This document shows, piece by piece, positions 1 through 14,263 of a stretch of DNA of 64,000 nt; within the stretch, counting starts at the first letter, position 1, and each line of letters begins with the position of its first letter. The position numbers and the translations under genes are program-made. Below the pieces are notes generated by a model. The model worked only from the letters and a program-made list of their open reading frames with translations, had not been told where the DNA came from and made no database searches. Source of the stretch: Octopus sinensis (taxonomy: Eukaryota); the NCBI RefSeq assembly GCF_006345805.1, contig NC_042999.1, positions 143,034,001 through 143,098,000 of the forward strand. The letters are read 5' to 3'.

Positions 1-53
1 TATTATAGCTGAATATATGATTAGTTCAAACAACCAAAGAAATAGTCTCTTAC

Positions 54-189
54 CAATTGCATTGTAGAAAAGACATCTTTCAAGTCCTGATATGTTGAGT
101 GATAAGTATAATTGTCTCCATACTCATCAAAGTCTTCTCTTATCTTAGCAATTGTGGCCTTTGTTGCATGGATGATATTTTTGGGAGTC
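54..189 (-). CDS. LIG4: LIG4 coding exon 15 ([10 protein letters not shown]...FDEYGDNY...LKDVF)
   Basis: TTCAAG acceptor, GTAAGA donor; inter-BRCT XRCC4-interaction region (D.YGD.Y). Confidence 0.93.
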
Positions 190-3100
190 CTTGAAAATAA
201 ATATTTATAATATACAAGTTTATAAGTTATACATCCTGAATCCATTAGCCTGATAATTAAAATATCTTTCTATCAAATTTTTGGTCTCTAAAGGTTTCTT
301 TACATATTGTGATTAATATTATCAATATACAGATGAATGTATTTTATATCATCTAGTTTTGCTTTTCTTAAACCATTTTCATATTTCAAAATGACTTCAA
401 TGGTTCTTTAGGTTTGGACATTGACTCAAATTTTTGACGCAACATATTTTAGAGCAGAATAACTTTAATAGATTATTGTTCTTTAAAATTACAAATCTGA
501 CAATTGCTCAAACTTACCAAGGAAGCAGCTTTTTATTTTCAATGCAATCTAAAAACCAGCTGACATTAATGATGTTGTAAATATTACTTTTGATATAATG
601 GTTCACTTGGTAAGTCTTCTTGTCAGCCAACACACAGTATGTCTGGGAATCTGATGAGGGTAGAATAAACAAGCAGAATATATGAGATGGGGTGTGATAG
701 TGGAGTTGGGAAAAAAGATGATGCAGAAGTTGGAATGCAAGGTGGTGGTAGTGGAGAGGAATAATTTTACATTGTACTCAATGCATACCCCACCCATATC
801 TAATCTGAATGTGGTAGTGGTTAGAGAGCTCTATAAATTTGTCCACTGATTGTTGCACAACTCTATACAGTTCTTTTCTATATGACTCTATTACTGTAGA
901 TTTGTGGGTCCTAACCTGCAGTACATGTACCATCATAGTATATCAATACATCTATATGAAAGAGTCTGGGTGTATAACTATAATGTACACTGCAGTATAA
1001 CAGCCTCGTTACAAAATAGCTGAAAAATGCAACCAACCAGGAATGGTTTGCTCCTTTACAAAATTATAAATAAACTATGTTAAAGGCCACCCAGTGTTTT
1101 TGCATACCAGCAAATACATTTTATGTTATTTTTATATACTTCTGGTTGGTTGTTACAGATTGATTTCAGAAGTGGGTTGAATATATAACACTGATGAGCC
1201 AAAAAATAAAAACTGAAATATCAATGTATCATCTTCATTCAGTTTCAGGATGATTTTGTTTTTTAATACTATGCATCTTTAAATATATTCTATACTAGAA
1301 AGCATGCCATATGTTCTATATACTGCCAAGTATATACTATGCCACTGTCTCTGCACATATACATGTACTGCACTATAAGTACAGAAATGATATTTTCTAA
1401 GTTCTATTCAATGAAACTGCTGTATTGCATTATAAAAACTACATCACTACATAGTACTGCATATCTTTCATTAAAGAAACTGCACTGAATTACACTGTAG
1501 AAAATGTATTTTGCTATATTGTATTATACTAGTATACTACAATATATTTCACACTAGTTGTGCAGGAGATGTCTATATTGAGCTTTGTAAATTTGACTTA
1601 TCAATCTGTCATGGCTTAAATTCTGGACAATCTGATCTTGTTTCATTGCTTTGTGTATTTCACTGAATCTTTTACCTAGATTCTCTATGGTTTTCTCACA
1701 TATTTCGAAATGTTATACTACAGTACACTGGCGCTGAAGCAGTGATATGATCTTTGCAAACTGAAGTCTGTAGTTGAGATAGTTTACTTCATTTGCTCCT
1801 CATATTTGCAAATGTCATCCAGCCAATAGCCTGGAGAAGAATAAGCTGACTTGCCCCTATTATAAAGACATGAAACTTTCAGCAGAGTTATATTAAGATC
1901 ACTGGACCTGTTTCAATATAGCATCATGCTATTACTACAAAAATAACTACATTACTTGGGTCCCGTACTGACTACATACCATGCTACATTATACTATAGT
2001 TGCAGAAGTGGTTTACATTACACTCTACTTTATAGTAGACATCACTTTATTTTTTGGATTCTATACGAGATACACACCACACTACACCTATACTATACTC
2101 ATAGAGGTGACTACATCTCTTGGGTCCTGTGTAATATACAGACCATATTACACTACACCAAACTATAGGAATCTATACATAGTTGATCAGCTTGCTTGGA
2201 ATAACAGCCAAAGCTCTTTCTAATTACATCGTAATTTACCATTCTTTATCAGACATGCAATAATCATCACTACTGAGAATGAATAAAAAATGGGATGGTC
2301 ACATCTGACATACCTTTGATCACAGGTCTGCTCAATCAGCACTGACCTGGGGTTAAACAACAATGTGCAGTATTAAATCAATCTGTACTATGTTACAGCT
2401 TTAGAAGTGATTACCTTACCTGGGTTCTGTACAATTTGTCCTCCATACTGCACTACATGTTTCTCTAGTTTAGCCTTGTCCCAAAGCTTTGGACCATTCG
2501 CTACACAGATGTCCTTTTGATCAAAGATATTGTGTACCTGTCAACAGGAAAAATATGAGATTAAGCCATGATGGATTTTGAGGTACTTGGTGGTTGCAAA
2601 CAGCTAGGTACAGAAATAGATGGAGATTGTGGAATGAGTGTTTATGGCATCTGGGGAACAATGATAGATAAGGGTATTGTAAAGTAATTAGTGTTAATTG
2701 GCATTAAGATAGGCCAAGGTAGTAAAGGTGGACTGAGAGTACTATGAAAGGGTATGAGTAGTGGTTGAGGGTAACTGAAAACTGTGATAGACCAAAAGTG
2801 CTGGTGGCACATAAAAAAGCACTGGTGATGGTACCACATAAAAAAACCATCCAGTACACTCTGTAAAGTGGTTGTCACCAGGAAGGGCATCCAGCTTTAG
2901 AAACTAAGCCAAAACAGACTATGGGACCTGGTATTGCCTTCAACCCATGCCAACATGGAAAACGGATAATAAAAATGAAGATGATGATAAAAGGTCACAT
3001 TGATTACAGGTGTTAAATTCTGGTTTCATGGCATGAAGTAGATAAAAAGTAAATATCTTGCTCGAATAGACTATCAGTTTATCTCAAGTAACACATCCAG

Positions 3101-6100
3101 ATGATCTTGTGTCTATTCCTGACAGCTCAGTGAACCAAGGAAATACAGAATAAGGTGTTCTGCTTAAATACTCAACAGATACTTGTAGATTTGAACTCAT
3201 AAACTAGAAGTTGGTAGTCCACTGTATTATGCTTGTGACCATTTTACCTCTACCTAGATCTAGGACAACATGAAAGTAGATGGCTAGGTGTTGATGGTAG
3301 CAAAGGAAGCTTGGGGTGATTATAGATAGAAAATGGTATATAATTGGAAAAAGAGGGATGAGTGGTGACTGGGAGCTGAAGGTAAATGTAGGCAGAGTTA
3401 CAGAGTGATTTCCATAAAGTCTGGTGGCGGTAACTGAAATAAGAGATGGAAGCTAGAAGTAGAGGTAGCCCAGGAGAGGTAACAAAATAGTTAAGTACAA
3501 TCTGAGAGAAATATGACTAATAGTTGTTGCTAGCTCGGGTAGAAGTATTGTGGAAATTATGAGGTAGATGGATATGACTTGTGGAACTATAACTAGTTAC
3601 TGTGGGCAGTTGGTGGGCTGGTAAATCAAGAAAGATTGTGGAAGAACTAGTTAGACAAAACCTAAGAGAAATTACACTACATGATGATGATGATACAGAG
3701 AGGCTTAATTATGAGCTGAAGACTGCAAAATGAATTAAGAAAAACAGTAGTGAGGTGTAATATTACAGAACCAACTAACTTAAAAAAAACACGAGCAAAA
3801 TATAGATGTAAAACTCCTGGAGATGACAATGGTGGTGGCAATGAAGATGATGAAATGAGGATAATAAAGTCTTGCTGATGTTGCTAATAACAGTGATAAG
3901 GTTAGTTGATATGGTGGAAATTATTGCAATCAATGTTTTGACTCACCATTTTCACATGAGAGGTATCAGAAGGTTTGAATCTCTCCATCACTCCTTTTTT
4001 CTCTACTTTGGGCGCCACTGTTCTCTTCTTTTTGACAGGTGTTGTATCATCCACATTTTCATCTAATTTGTTGGACAGTTTACCTCCTGATTTCTGGAAT
4101 ATATCAAGAGAGAAAGAAAGAAATTGCAAGTTCATATGATAAAGCAGGATCTAATATCTGAGCTCAATTTTGAAATGGAGTCTGTTAAACAACAACATCA
4201 GCTGGTACTTTAATTGATTTATTTTGGTGAAGAGGTACCTTAATCAATGTAGTCTAGCCACCAGGTATGTTTATCTATTCTGGCTAATAAATAACTTAAT
4301 ATACTCTTGTGATGTACCATACTGTAGTTTTTGTAGGTAACATAATATATTCTGGCTACAAGGTACTTCAATGTATTCTGGCCCTAAACACTTGAATCAA
4401 TGAATATTGGCCACTTCATACTTTAATAAATGTATTTTGGTCACTGGGTATTTTAATCAACATTTTCTATCTTCATCAGTATATTCTGACCACTAGGTAT
4501 TTTAATCACTGTATTCTGGTCACAAGGTATCTTGACTAATGTATTCTGGTCAGTAGATGGCCAGAATAATCCAATATATACTGCCTATAAAGGGTATATA
4601 ATTACCACTAAGTAGTATTACGTATTCTAATTTCTAAATATGATTAGGACGTTAAACGATGATGATGATGATTAGTAACCAGAAGGTACTTCATTAAATA
4701 AATACTGACTACCAGATACATTGAATAGGATGAGATCAGCCTCATAACCAATCAAAGCACCTGACTGATTAGATGTAGGATATTTAGAAAAGTTAGTTCC
4801 ATCTGCTTCCTGCAGGGAGAGTAGGATATGTATAATTAGTGAGATTAGTAATTTGATCAATCTTTACTATAGAAATGTAATAACCTGTTTCAGGTCTTCC
4901 AAGTCCCTAGTTGTCATACATTCAAACCAAGATTTATCATCACGAATCTTCTCTACTCGAGGGAAACGGAGGGTGCAACCAGTTTGAAACTTGTCACTTG
5001 ATACAATTTCTGCTGCCTTTACCTGTACAATAAATAAAAAGATCTGTCAATCATTGAATGAATTAAATAAGAAACATTGAGTAAATATTTCTACTGGGTT
5101 TATTCAAACCTGTTGGGGTAGTAAAGAGTCAAACAAATCTGTTAATGCAACAGGTTATAGTAGTGTATAGTACTATAGTTTTATACTATAGAAATGCCAC
5201 AATCAATATTATAAGGTAACCAATGCAGTTTCTGCTCCTTTATCTCATTACCACTCTATAGTATAAAACTCTCAGGAACCACCCTACAAACTGTAAAATA
5301 CTTAGAATACTTAGGCAATTTTACATTACATATATCAACACCACCTCCATACTACAGCGACATTCAAAATATCATTCCTTCAAAATCTACTGACCTGTAC
5401 AATACATGATTTAGAAGGTTCAATCCAAACAGATGGTTTCTCTTTGAATCCAGGTGCCAAAACAATTGACTTGGGTGGGTTTTCATCACTCTTTTTCCAG
5501 TGTTTGTATAATTTTTCATTGAGTTCAGTTAATTCATTTTTTGTATATCCTGACCCAACCTAGAAAGGAAATGACCAAACATGAACAGTTTCCTTAAAAT
5601 AACATTGGAACCTTTTGAAGATGATGCCTGCTAATGCTTTAACACTGAAGGAGATGAAATGATTTTTATGAAACGTAAAAAGAACATGGGTTATTATCCA
5701 AAGTTTTGACAAAAGTATTTGAATTGTAATAAACAAAGAAAAGTATAGACATTCTTGAAGAGATTGATTTGTTATTGTAAATCAATAAGGGTTAAAATCT
5801 ATAATGTTTTACATGAAAAATAGAGAAATACAACACTGCATATTTTGTGATTAGAGACAAAATAGACTAAAAGAATTTACATTTTTTTTCAAGATAATAT
5901 GAGTTGAATGGGTTTGCTGCCTGACTGGCACCCATGCCAGTGGTACGAAAAAAGTACCATTCGAGTGTGGCTGATGCCAGCGCTGTCTGACTGGCTCCCG
6001 TGCTGATGGCATGTAAAAGCACCCACTACACTCTTTGAGTGGTTGGTGTTAGGAAGGGCATCCAGCTGTAGAAACCTTGCCAAATCAGATTGCACCCTGG

Positions 6101-9100
6101 TGCATCTCCCAGCTTGCCAGTTCTCAGTCAAACTGTCCAACCCATACCAGTATGGAAAGCAGATGTTAAACGGTGATGATGATGATTTGCATTGCATGAA
6201 GAGAGTGTGAATGGTGAAGTTAATAGGGTATATTCATCAAAGAAGTTAGAGGTTAATATACAGCTATCAGCACAGTGTTGTACCTGTGGCTAAGACAAAT
6301 GTTAATAAGATCTAACTTCAGCAAGCTTAATGTAGGGACCACAAAATGGCTCAATTCAGCACTGAAGAAGCAACAACAATCCATTCCTCTGAATTTCTGC
6401 AGGCGGTTTGGCAAAAGAGACTGATAGAATAAGTACTAGGCTTACAAAGAATAAGTCCTGAGGTCGATTTGCTCGACTAAAGGCAGTGCTCCAGCATGGC
6501 CACAGTCAAATGACTGAAACAAGTAAAAGTAAAGAGTAGATATCCTTTTTAGAGGGAATATGAACTACTTAAAGCCAAAAAGTTAGAGATAAGTATTGGC
6601 TTTTAAAAACTCTTTGAGAGACATTTGCATCTAAGTATCTTACATGTCAAAATCAAATTTACTTCGTGAAGAATAAATATGAAGATGTTTCAATAATAAA
6701 CAAGAAACAAAATTCACATGGAAAAAAAAAAAAAAATTTGTACCTTACAGAAAGAATGAAATATATTTGGTTTTTCACCATCTTTAGGTGACTTTGCAAG
6801 AGCAAGGAGGAAGTGAGACATTAGTCCGGACCGATGTCCTGTGCCTCTGTAGCCACCAATAATCAGTAAGTCAAGTTGATCCATCAAACCATCAACATAT
6901 TCTGGTTTTACCTTGAACCATCCCTCTCGTCGGGCTTTGGGCCGATACACTGATTCACAGTCCTTTATCATTATTCCTTCTTCTCGGTCATCGATTGCCT
7001 TGTTCAAGGCTTCAATGCAGTCAGCCCTGGAGAAGGAGAAATATATTTACTAGTTGATAAATGAATTGAAAATTCTTATAAAATTATTCTTAAAATAATG
7101 TCATGGGAACCGTTGAGTAACTATACATTGTTGAATACGATTAAGGTACAGCTGTGTATTTGACTAACCCATATTTGGCTTGGCTTGAAGATTCAAAAAT
7201 GAAACTTCTGCTTGAATCAGAAAATGCTGAGCAACCAAGTTAAACTTAGCAAGGCTTGAACTCAGAATGATATGCCACTAAATATTAGATCTATATAAGA
7301 ACTCTATCACTAACCTACATGTCTTTTAATTAGCTTTGTAGCAGTAAACCTTCCATTTTTATTGAAATTTGCATTCTAAAATATGAAGTCTATACTTCAA
7401 ACTAATGTGATAATAGCTAACCTATGAAAAGAAGACTTTTAACTTGCCAAACTAACTTACCATTATACTGTGTTCTGTCTATTATTATTACAACTATAAT
7501 TGTTTGTTTTTATGTCTCTACTTTATTCAAACACATCCATCACTCTTATCTCTTTTCGTTTTATTATGTACAAAAGCCTATTCTCACTTCACATAACTCA
7601 TAGTTTCTATGAAAAACTGCAGTCATCAATAACTCTCCAGTTACTTATAGTGTTCTTCAGAATATCACCCTGCTACAATTGAAACTAAGTGTTAACTTGG
7701 TCCACTGCATCTGTGGACTTTCCAAGACATACTCCAAATAGTAGTTGTGATACCTGTGCTGGTGGCACATAAAAAGCACCATCCGAACGTGGCCGATGCC
7801 AGCACCGCCTCGACTGGCTTCTGTGCCGGTGGCACATAAAAAGCACCACCCGAACGTGGCCGATGCCAGTGCCGCCTCGACTGGCTTCTGTGCCGGTGGC
7901 ACATAAAAAGCACCATCCGAACATGGCCAATTCCAGCGCCGCCTTGACTGGCTTCTGTGCCGGTGGCACGTTAAAAGCACCAACCGATCGTGGCCGATGC
8001 CAGACTCCCCTGGCACCTGTGCCAGTGGCATGTAAAAATTACCCACTACACTCGCGGAGTGGTTGGCATTAGGAAGGGCATCCAGCTGTAGAAACACTGC
8101 CAGATCAGACTGGAGCCTGGTGCAGCCTCTGGCTTCTCAGATCCCGGTCGAACCGTCCAACCCGTGCTAGCGCAGAAAACGGACGTTAAACGATGATGAT
8201 GATGATGATGATGATTTTTACTGAAAATTGTATAGTAGAATGCAGAGTGCAGTCTCAAAAGAGAATAACATTTAATAGCAGAATGGAAGATTTGAGAGGT
8301 GTCATATATGTCTGGTTTACTATCTTTATAATTGGTGCTTTAGTCTACACCCAGAACTACAGTAATAGCTTAGGAGTGAAATTTAGGATTTCTTGGTTTT
8401 ATGTGAATTGATTTTGATAAAACTTTTCCCAGTTGGTTTGCACACTATGGTAACACCATTATTGTGTTTTCATTATTCTGTGTAATGTGCTTTCTTTTTT
8501 ATTTCAGATTCTTCAGTTTCTGGGTGAACCATGCTAATAGCTTTTGAATGAAAACAGCCCATCTAGACATTTTTTTCAGAAAATGAAGGGTAATGATACA
8601 TATTAAGCATACATTGAGTATATATTTAACAGAAAACCATAATAATAATATTATAACATTTATTGATATAATGAATTATTTGGCCACATGTGTGCCATTT
8701 CAACATAACTTCAAAAACCCTGTTAGTCATGGAATATGTCAATTTCTTAATAGTAGCAGGTTGGACTGCTCCTGCTGCAGCTTTGATGGTTGCCCATAAG
8801 ACATCTTTTGATGTCAATTGGTGTCCATCAGCATAACATTTTGTTTAACGATGGATCAAAGATTTTTGATAGGGTTGAGATCCAGAGATGCTGGTGGCCA
8901 CACCATCAACCTTTCACCTTGTATAGCCTAAGACCCTAGGAATGTTTGGGTGGTCCTAGCAGAGTGGGAGGCAGCATTGTCATGCATAAATATGAGATTC
9001 CTTAGAAGTGATGGCAGTATGTCATCTAGCCAGGGATCCAAGTCCTCATTCAGGAGATTGTAGTAGGTGGCTGCGGTCACTTTAACCACTCCAGGCACCC

Positions 9101-11157
9101 TGACTGGGCCAACAAGTCCGTCCTCAATGATACCAGCCCACAACATGACTCCTCCACCTTGTTGTTGACACTCATCTCCAAAACAGACCCAACCATTTGC
9201 CCAACCATCAGACCCATCAAGGGTTGCCTTGGTTTTGTAAGTGAACAGAACACAACTCATGTCTAACATCATGTACTTTTGGGCCCATTGAAGCCTTAAC
9301 TCCTGTGACAGGGCATTAAAGGAGGTAGTTTCAGGGGTTCTCGCATGGAAGCCATGATCCCAAGGATGTGATTTCTGGTGATTTTTGGTACATGAGGAAG
9401 TCTGGATGTGGTGAAAATGGCTTTGCTTGCTTGTCCAGGTTTCCCATGTAACTTGTAGCTAATATTCCTTAAATCCTTAGCTTCACAATCTTGGAGGTCC
9501 CACAACTGAATCGTTTCTTCCTTGGTGAAGGAATTGTCTAACTAATTTCTCTTCAATGACATGAAGAGAGGTGCCTTTAGTGCTTTCTTTGATGATGACA
9601 GACTTTTCTTCATCGCTGAGGCCTTTTCCACATCTCATTGTTCTTAGAGAGGAGAGGTGCTATTAGCATGGTTCACCCAAAAACTGAAGAAAGGAAGTTA
9701 CACAGAATAATGAAAACATAACAATGGTGTTGCCATAGTGTGCAAACCAGCTGGGAAACAGACTAGGGCAACTCAACAGCAACATAAGCAAAAATAAAAA
9801 AAGAGAAAAAAAATCAGTAGAGTTATTCTGTACTCACTTGGATACACCTTTTTTATAGTGACTAATCTGTATTCTACCACTGATGGGTGCAATGGTCTCT
9901 CGTATGTATGGTAGGCGCTCTGTGATTGGTAAATTTGTCAAGACTTTATCGTTATGCAATAGAATATCAAAGACTATGAAACACGGGTTGTAATCACCGC
10001 TGTCAGCTGATTTGATATCATAATGATTGGCTTTGGTTCCTGTAACAAGTTAGAAAACATTATGCTTTTCAATGATTTATGTGTGTGTGAGTTTGTATAA
10101 TTTTGTGCGTGCGTGTTATGTTGTTGCTTAGCTCCTAATTATCCCAGACTGAACTGACCTATGATCAAATGTGTTCCAGGCATAATTTTTCTGTGTGTAT
10201 TTTTAAGCACGGTCTAACTAGAACTACATTAACCCTTTAGCATTTAAACCGGCCATATCCGGCCAAAAGTATTCTGCTTGTTTTACGTTCAAACTGGCCA
10301 GATCTGGTCTCTCACACCAACCCTACAATATTGTTTGAAAAATGAACAGCTACCTCATCAAAATCTCATAGCTACAACATAATGCATGATTAGTTCAAAA
10401 CAATGTGGATGAAAAAGGATTAATTTTGGCAGAATAATGTGAACACTAAAGGGTTAAAAGACATGTGATTTGAGAAAGATTACATAACATAAACAGAAAT
10501 AGAAAAATCAGAAGTTTGCCTCTCTTCTGCTACAAGAAGATCAGAGTTATTTCAGAGTATCAAGATAAATAAAAAATTATTAGGGAAAATATGTTTGAAA
10601 TGCAAATAGTGCACTTACTAATGCAGATACTTAGAAGAAAGAGGCCTGAAAAATGCTATTGTCGAATATGAAAAATGTGTGTGAGGAAGAGAAACTACTC
10701 AAACTATATCAAATAGAGGGACTAGCCATTGAAATGGACACTTACATAATAACAAAAGTCATTAAATATATGAAAACAGAGAGAAAGAGTAGCGGGGCTA
10801 TAGGTAAGTTGCTGAGACAATGAAGATATCTAGCAAAGTAGGGCTTAAGAAAGGAAGTGTTGTACCAAATTACTGGCATGGCAGTAAAATTGCCAACAAC
10901 TGCAAAGGAGATGCTTTGGGAAGATTTGTGCTTTTAAATGTGGCCATTTTGTTGTTCTTGATTTGATCCAACACCGGTTGAACAGATCTATGTTCAAAAG
11001 CATTCTCACCATGACCAGTCTATCTGTAAAGAAGAATATATTATCCAATATATTCCTCATCATACCCTTTTACTCCCAAATGTCCTTCACTTACTTTTGA
11101 TACATTTAAGGTATGGTTTAAAGGAAATTTGATTAGCTAAGTGTATGTGTGTGTATA

Positions 11158-11190
<33 letters not shown>

Positions 11191-14100
11191 ATGTACACAC
11201 ACACAACAGGCTTCTTGGCTCCTTTCAGTTTCCACCTACCATATGCAATCACAAAGCTTTGGTTGGCATGGGGCTATTGTAGAAGGCACTTGCCCAAGGT
11301 GCCATGCAGTGGGACTGAACCTCAAACCATATGGTTGGGAATCAAAGTTCTTACCACACAGTTACATCTGTGTCTTTATATGTGTATGTGTGTGAATGTA
11401 TGTGTATGTATATATGAGAAAAACAGAGAGAGAGAGAGAGTTTGTGTTAAAGGGAAACAATGCTTTCAGCTAAAGTGAATAACTTACCAAACTCGCCAGT
11501 GTCTGAGTTGTATCCAAGCATTTCTCCATCTAAGATACAGGAATGGATACCAGGAAGAAAGCTCTCATGAATGTATTGTGTAATGGTGCCTTGAAAGGCA
11601 GATGCTCCAAATGTTTTTGAATAATTATGTCCACTGGAAATGCAAATAAATAAATGAAGAAAGCTTGCATGGTTATTTCTTGGCAGTGGTAGTTGTGGTA
11701 TTGATAATGAATGCAAGTTATATACATATACATAAATATATATACATACACAAAGAGCATGTTATTGTATATACAATAACATGCCATTCACTTCCCAGAA
11801 CTTTTTCCATGTGCATCTCACTCTAGCTACTGTCACCGAGTCTAATCCACTCCTCTATTCTTCATGTCTTTATGTATTCATCATCATCATCATCATCATC
11901 ATTTAGCGTCCGCTTTCCATGCTAGCATGGGTTGGATGGTTCAACTGGGGTCGGTGAAGCCAGAAGGCTGCATCAGGCCCAGTCTGATCTGGCAGTGTTT
12001 CTACGGCTGGATGCCCTTCCTAACGCTAACCACTCCGTGAGTGTAGTGGGTGCTTTTTACGTGCCACCCGCACAGGTGCCAGACAGAGCTGGCAAACAGC
12101 CACGGACGGATGGTGCTTTTTATGTGCCACCAGCACGGGGGTCTTCTGTCTTAATGCCATTTTCAAAATTCATCTCAACATCCCTCCCATCTACAGTCTC
12201 TTTCATACACACCTTATACTTAAGTGTAACTGTTATATTACTAAATGACCTACTCACACCACCTCATTTTCACTCAGCACATATTGTACATTTAATTGAG
12301 TCCACTCCAAACATCTTCATTCCACAATGCTTCTGACCACTTTCCTGTTCTCTCCACCTCACAAAATGTTTTACCATTTACCATCTTCTTTTACTTTCTG
12401 ATATTTATCCTCATACCTTTTACCTCCATACAGTCCATCCATATATTTATCTTTACTTTCAATCCAACCATGCTTGCTATTATTAAGCCATATCATCTAC
12501 GGATAGTAATTCCCAAAGTAAACTCTTCTTTACACTTAAAGTCAGTAGCACCTTCATCATGATTACAAATAGTAATAAGTTTAATACTGATTCCTGGTGC
12601 TATCTAACCTTCACTACAAACTCAACATTGTTTCTGTCTTCTGTTATTGTGGCCGTGTATACTCTCTTATGTGGAGGTGCATGGCTTAGTGGCTAGGGTG
12701 TTAGACTCATGAGCGTAAGATTGTGGTTTCAATACCTGGACTGGATGATGTGTTATGTTTGTAACAGTATCAGAAAGGATAGGTAGTTAAGTTACCACTT
12801 TAACAAAATAGAAAGATGATACCACATTAGCTAGGATAGTGTGCATGTAAGAAACATCAGAAGACAATATTTTACTGTTAATAAATACAACAATTTATTC
12901 CTTGAATGGTAGTTCACACATGTCAGTAGAAAGCATATCACAAGGTTATTAATGTTAAAGTTAAAGTTAAACAGGGTGTAGTGTGAGACAAACTAATTTC
13001 TAATAATGTACAAGTTGGTTAAGTTTGTAACTTGAAGGTTTTAAAGAGTTAGTATATACAACAAATCCAATGAGTGGTATGCAAGGGGAGTTAGAATCTT
13101 GCGGATAAATCAGTGACTACATCTTGTCAACTTGAAGTACCAACAGCAATGAGGTGTTTTCATCTTGGCAGTCCAACACAACTCTCTTTGATTCTTGAAA
13201 AAGGCGTGCTTGACTGCTGGGTAGAAGTTGCCACATGTATCCTTCCACAGCCAGCAGTAGTTGGATGAAATGGGCAAAGCATGACTGAGCTATGCTGCCA
13301 CAACAAAATAGTGCTAATATGTCTCACTACATGTTCTTAAGCAAAACACTTCATTTCAATGTTGTTCCAGTTCACACAGCAGGTAAAAATGAGTAATCCT
13401 GTAACAGAGTGGCATCCCATCTAGACATGAAGAATAGAGGAATGGATTAGACTCGGTGACAGAGAGAAAATCGCAGTTGTGGCATATACTGGTGTCACAC
13501 AAATGGCACTCATGCTGGTGGCAAGTAAAAGCACCCACTACATTCTTGGAGTGGTTGGTGTTAGGAAGGGCATCCAGTTGTAGAAAACCATGCCAAATCA
13601 GATTGGAGTCTGGTGCAGCCTTCCAGCTTATATATACATATACATATACATATATCATCATCATTGTTTAATGTCCACTGTCTATGCCGGCATGGGTTGG
13701 ACCATATATATAAATCTCCTGCAATGGGTTTAGAGCAGGCATTTGGCCCCAAATCGGTAGTTGTAGGTGGATTTATCTGGCCTACATGGGTTAGATGTGG
13801 GTAGGAATGATGCTGTACTATTCACACACACAATGTAAATGGCCTATATCAGGAAAAATGTCTTACTTTCGAGAGAAGTAACTATAGTCATCATTTTGTT
13901 TGTGAAGCTGTATCCTTTCACCATCAAATTTAGTCTCAATCAAATAGGGCTTCCCAGACAATACTTCAGAAATCTACAAAAAAATTCAAACATATATATG
14001 TATATATATACAACATTTACACATGATTCCAAAGAATCAATTTCTGATTTTATGTTTATGATAACCTTATGCATCAATGGTTGTATATATTATTGCAATG

Positions 14101-14210
14101 CTCATGAGATTGATTTTTGAAGAAAAAACTGTAAATCAATGAAATAAAAAGACTTGCTTATGCCATACTCCTTGGATGCAATGATGTATATATATATAGA
14201 TGTATGTGTG

Positions 14211-14263
<53 letters not shown>

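Noticed and set aside
1185-1235. CTGATGAGCC...GAAA in a LIG4 intron
   Set aside because: Stems I and II do not pair; at best a very old relic
7657-8258. Overlapping ORFs and CRISPR-like periodicity
   Set aside because: 67-bp tandem units without unique spacers, inside a retroposon; eukaryotic context, no cas genes
13485-13700. Retroposon body followed by an inverted 3' tail
   Set aside because: Could be a local inversion or two independent insertions around a TA tract; nothing distinguishes them
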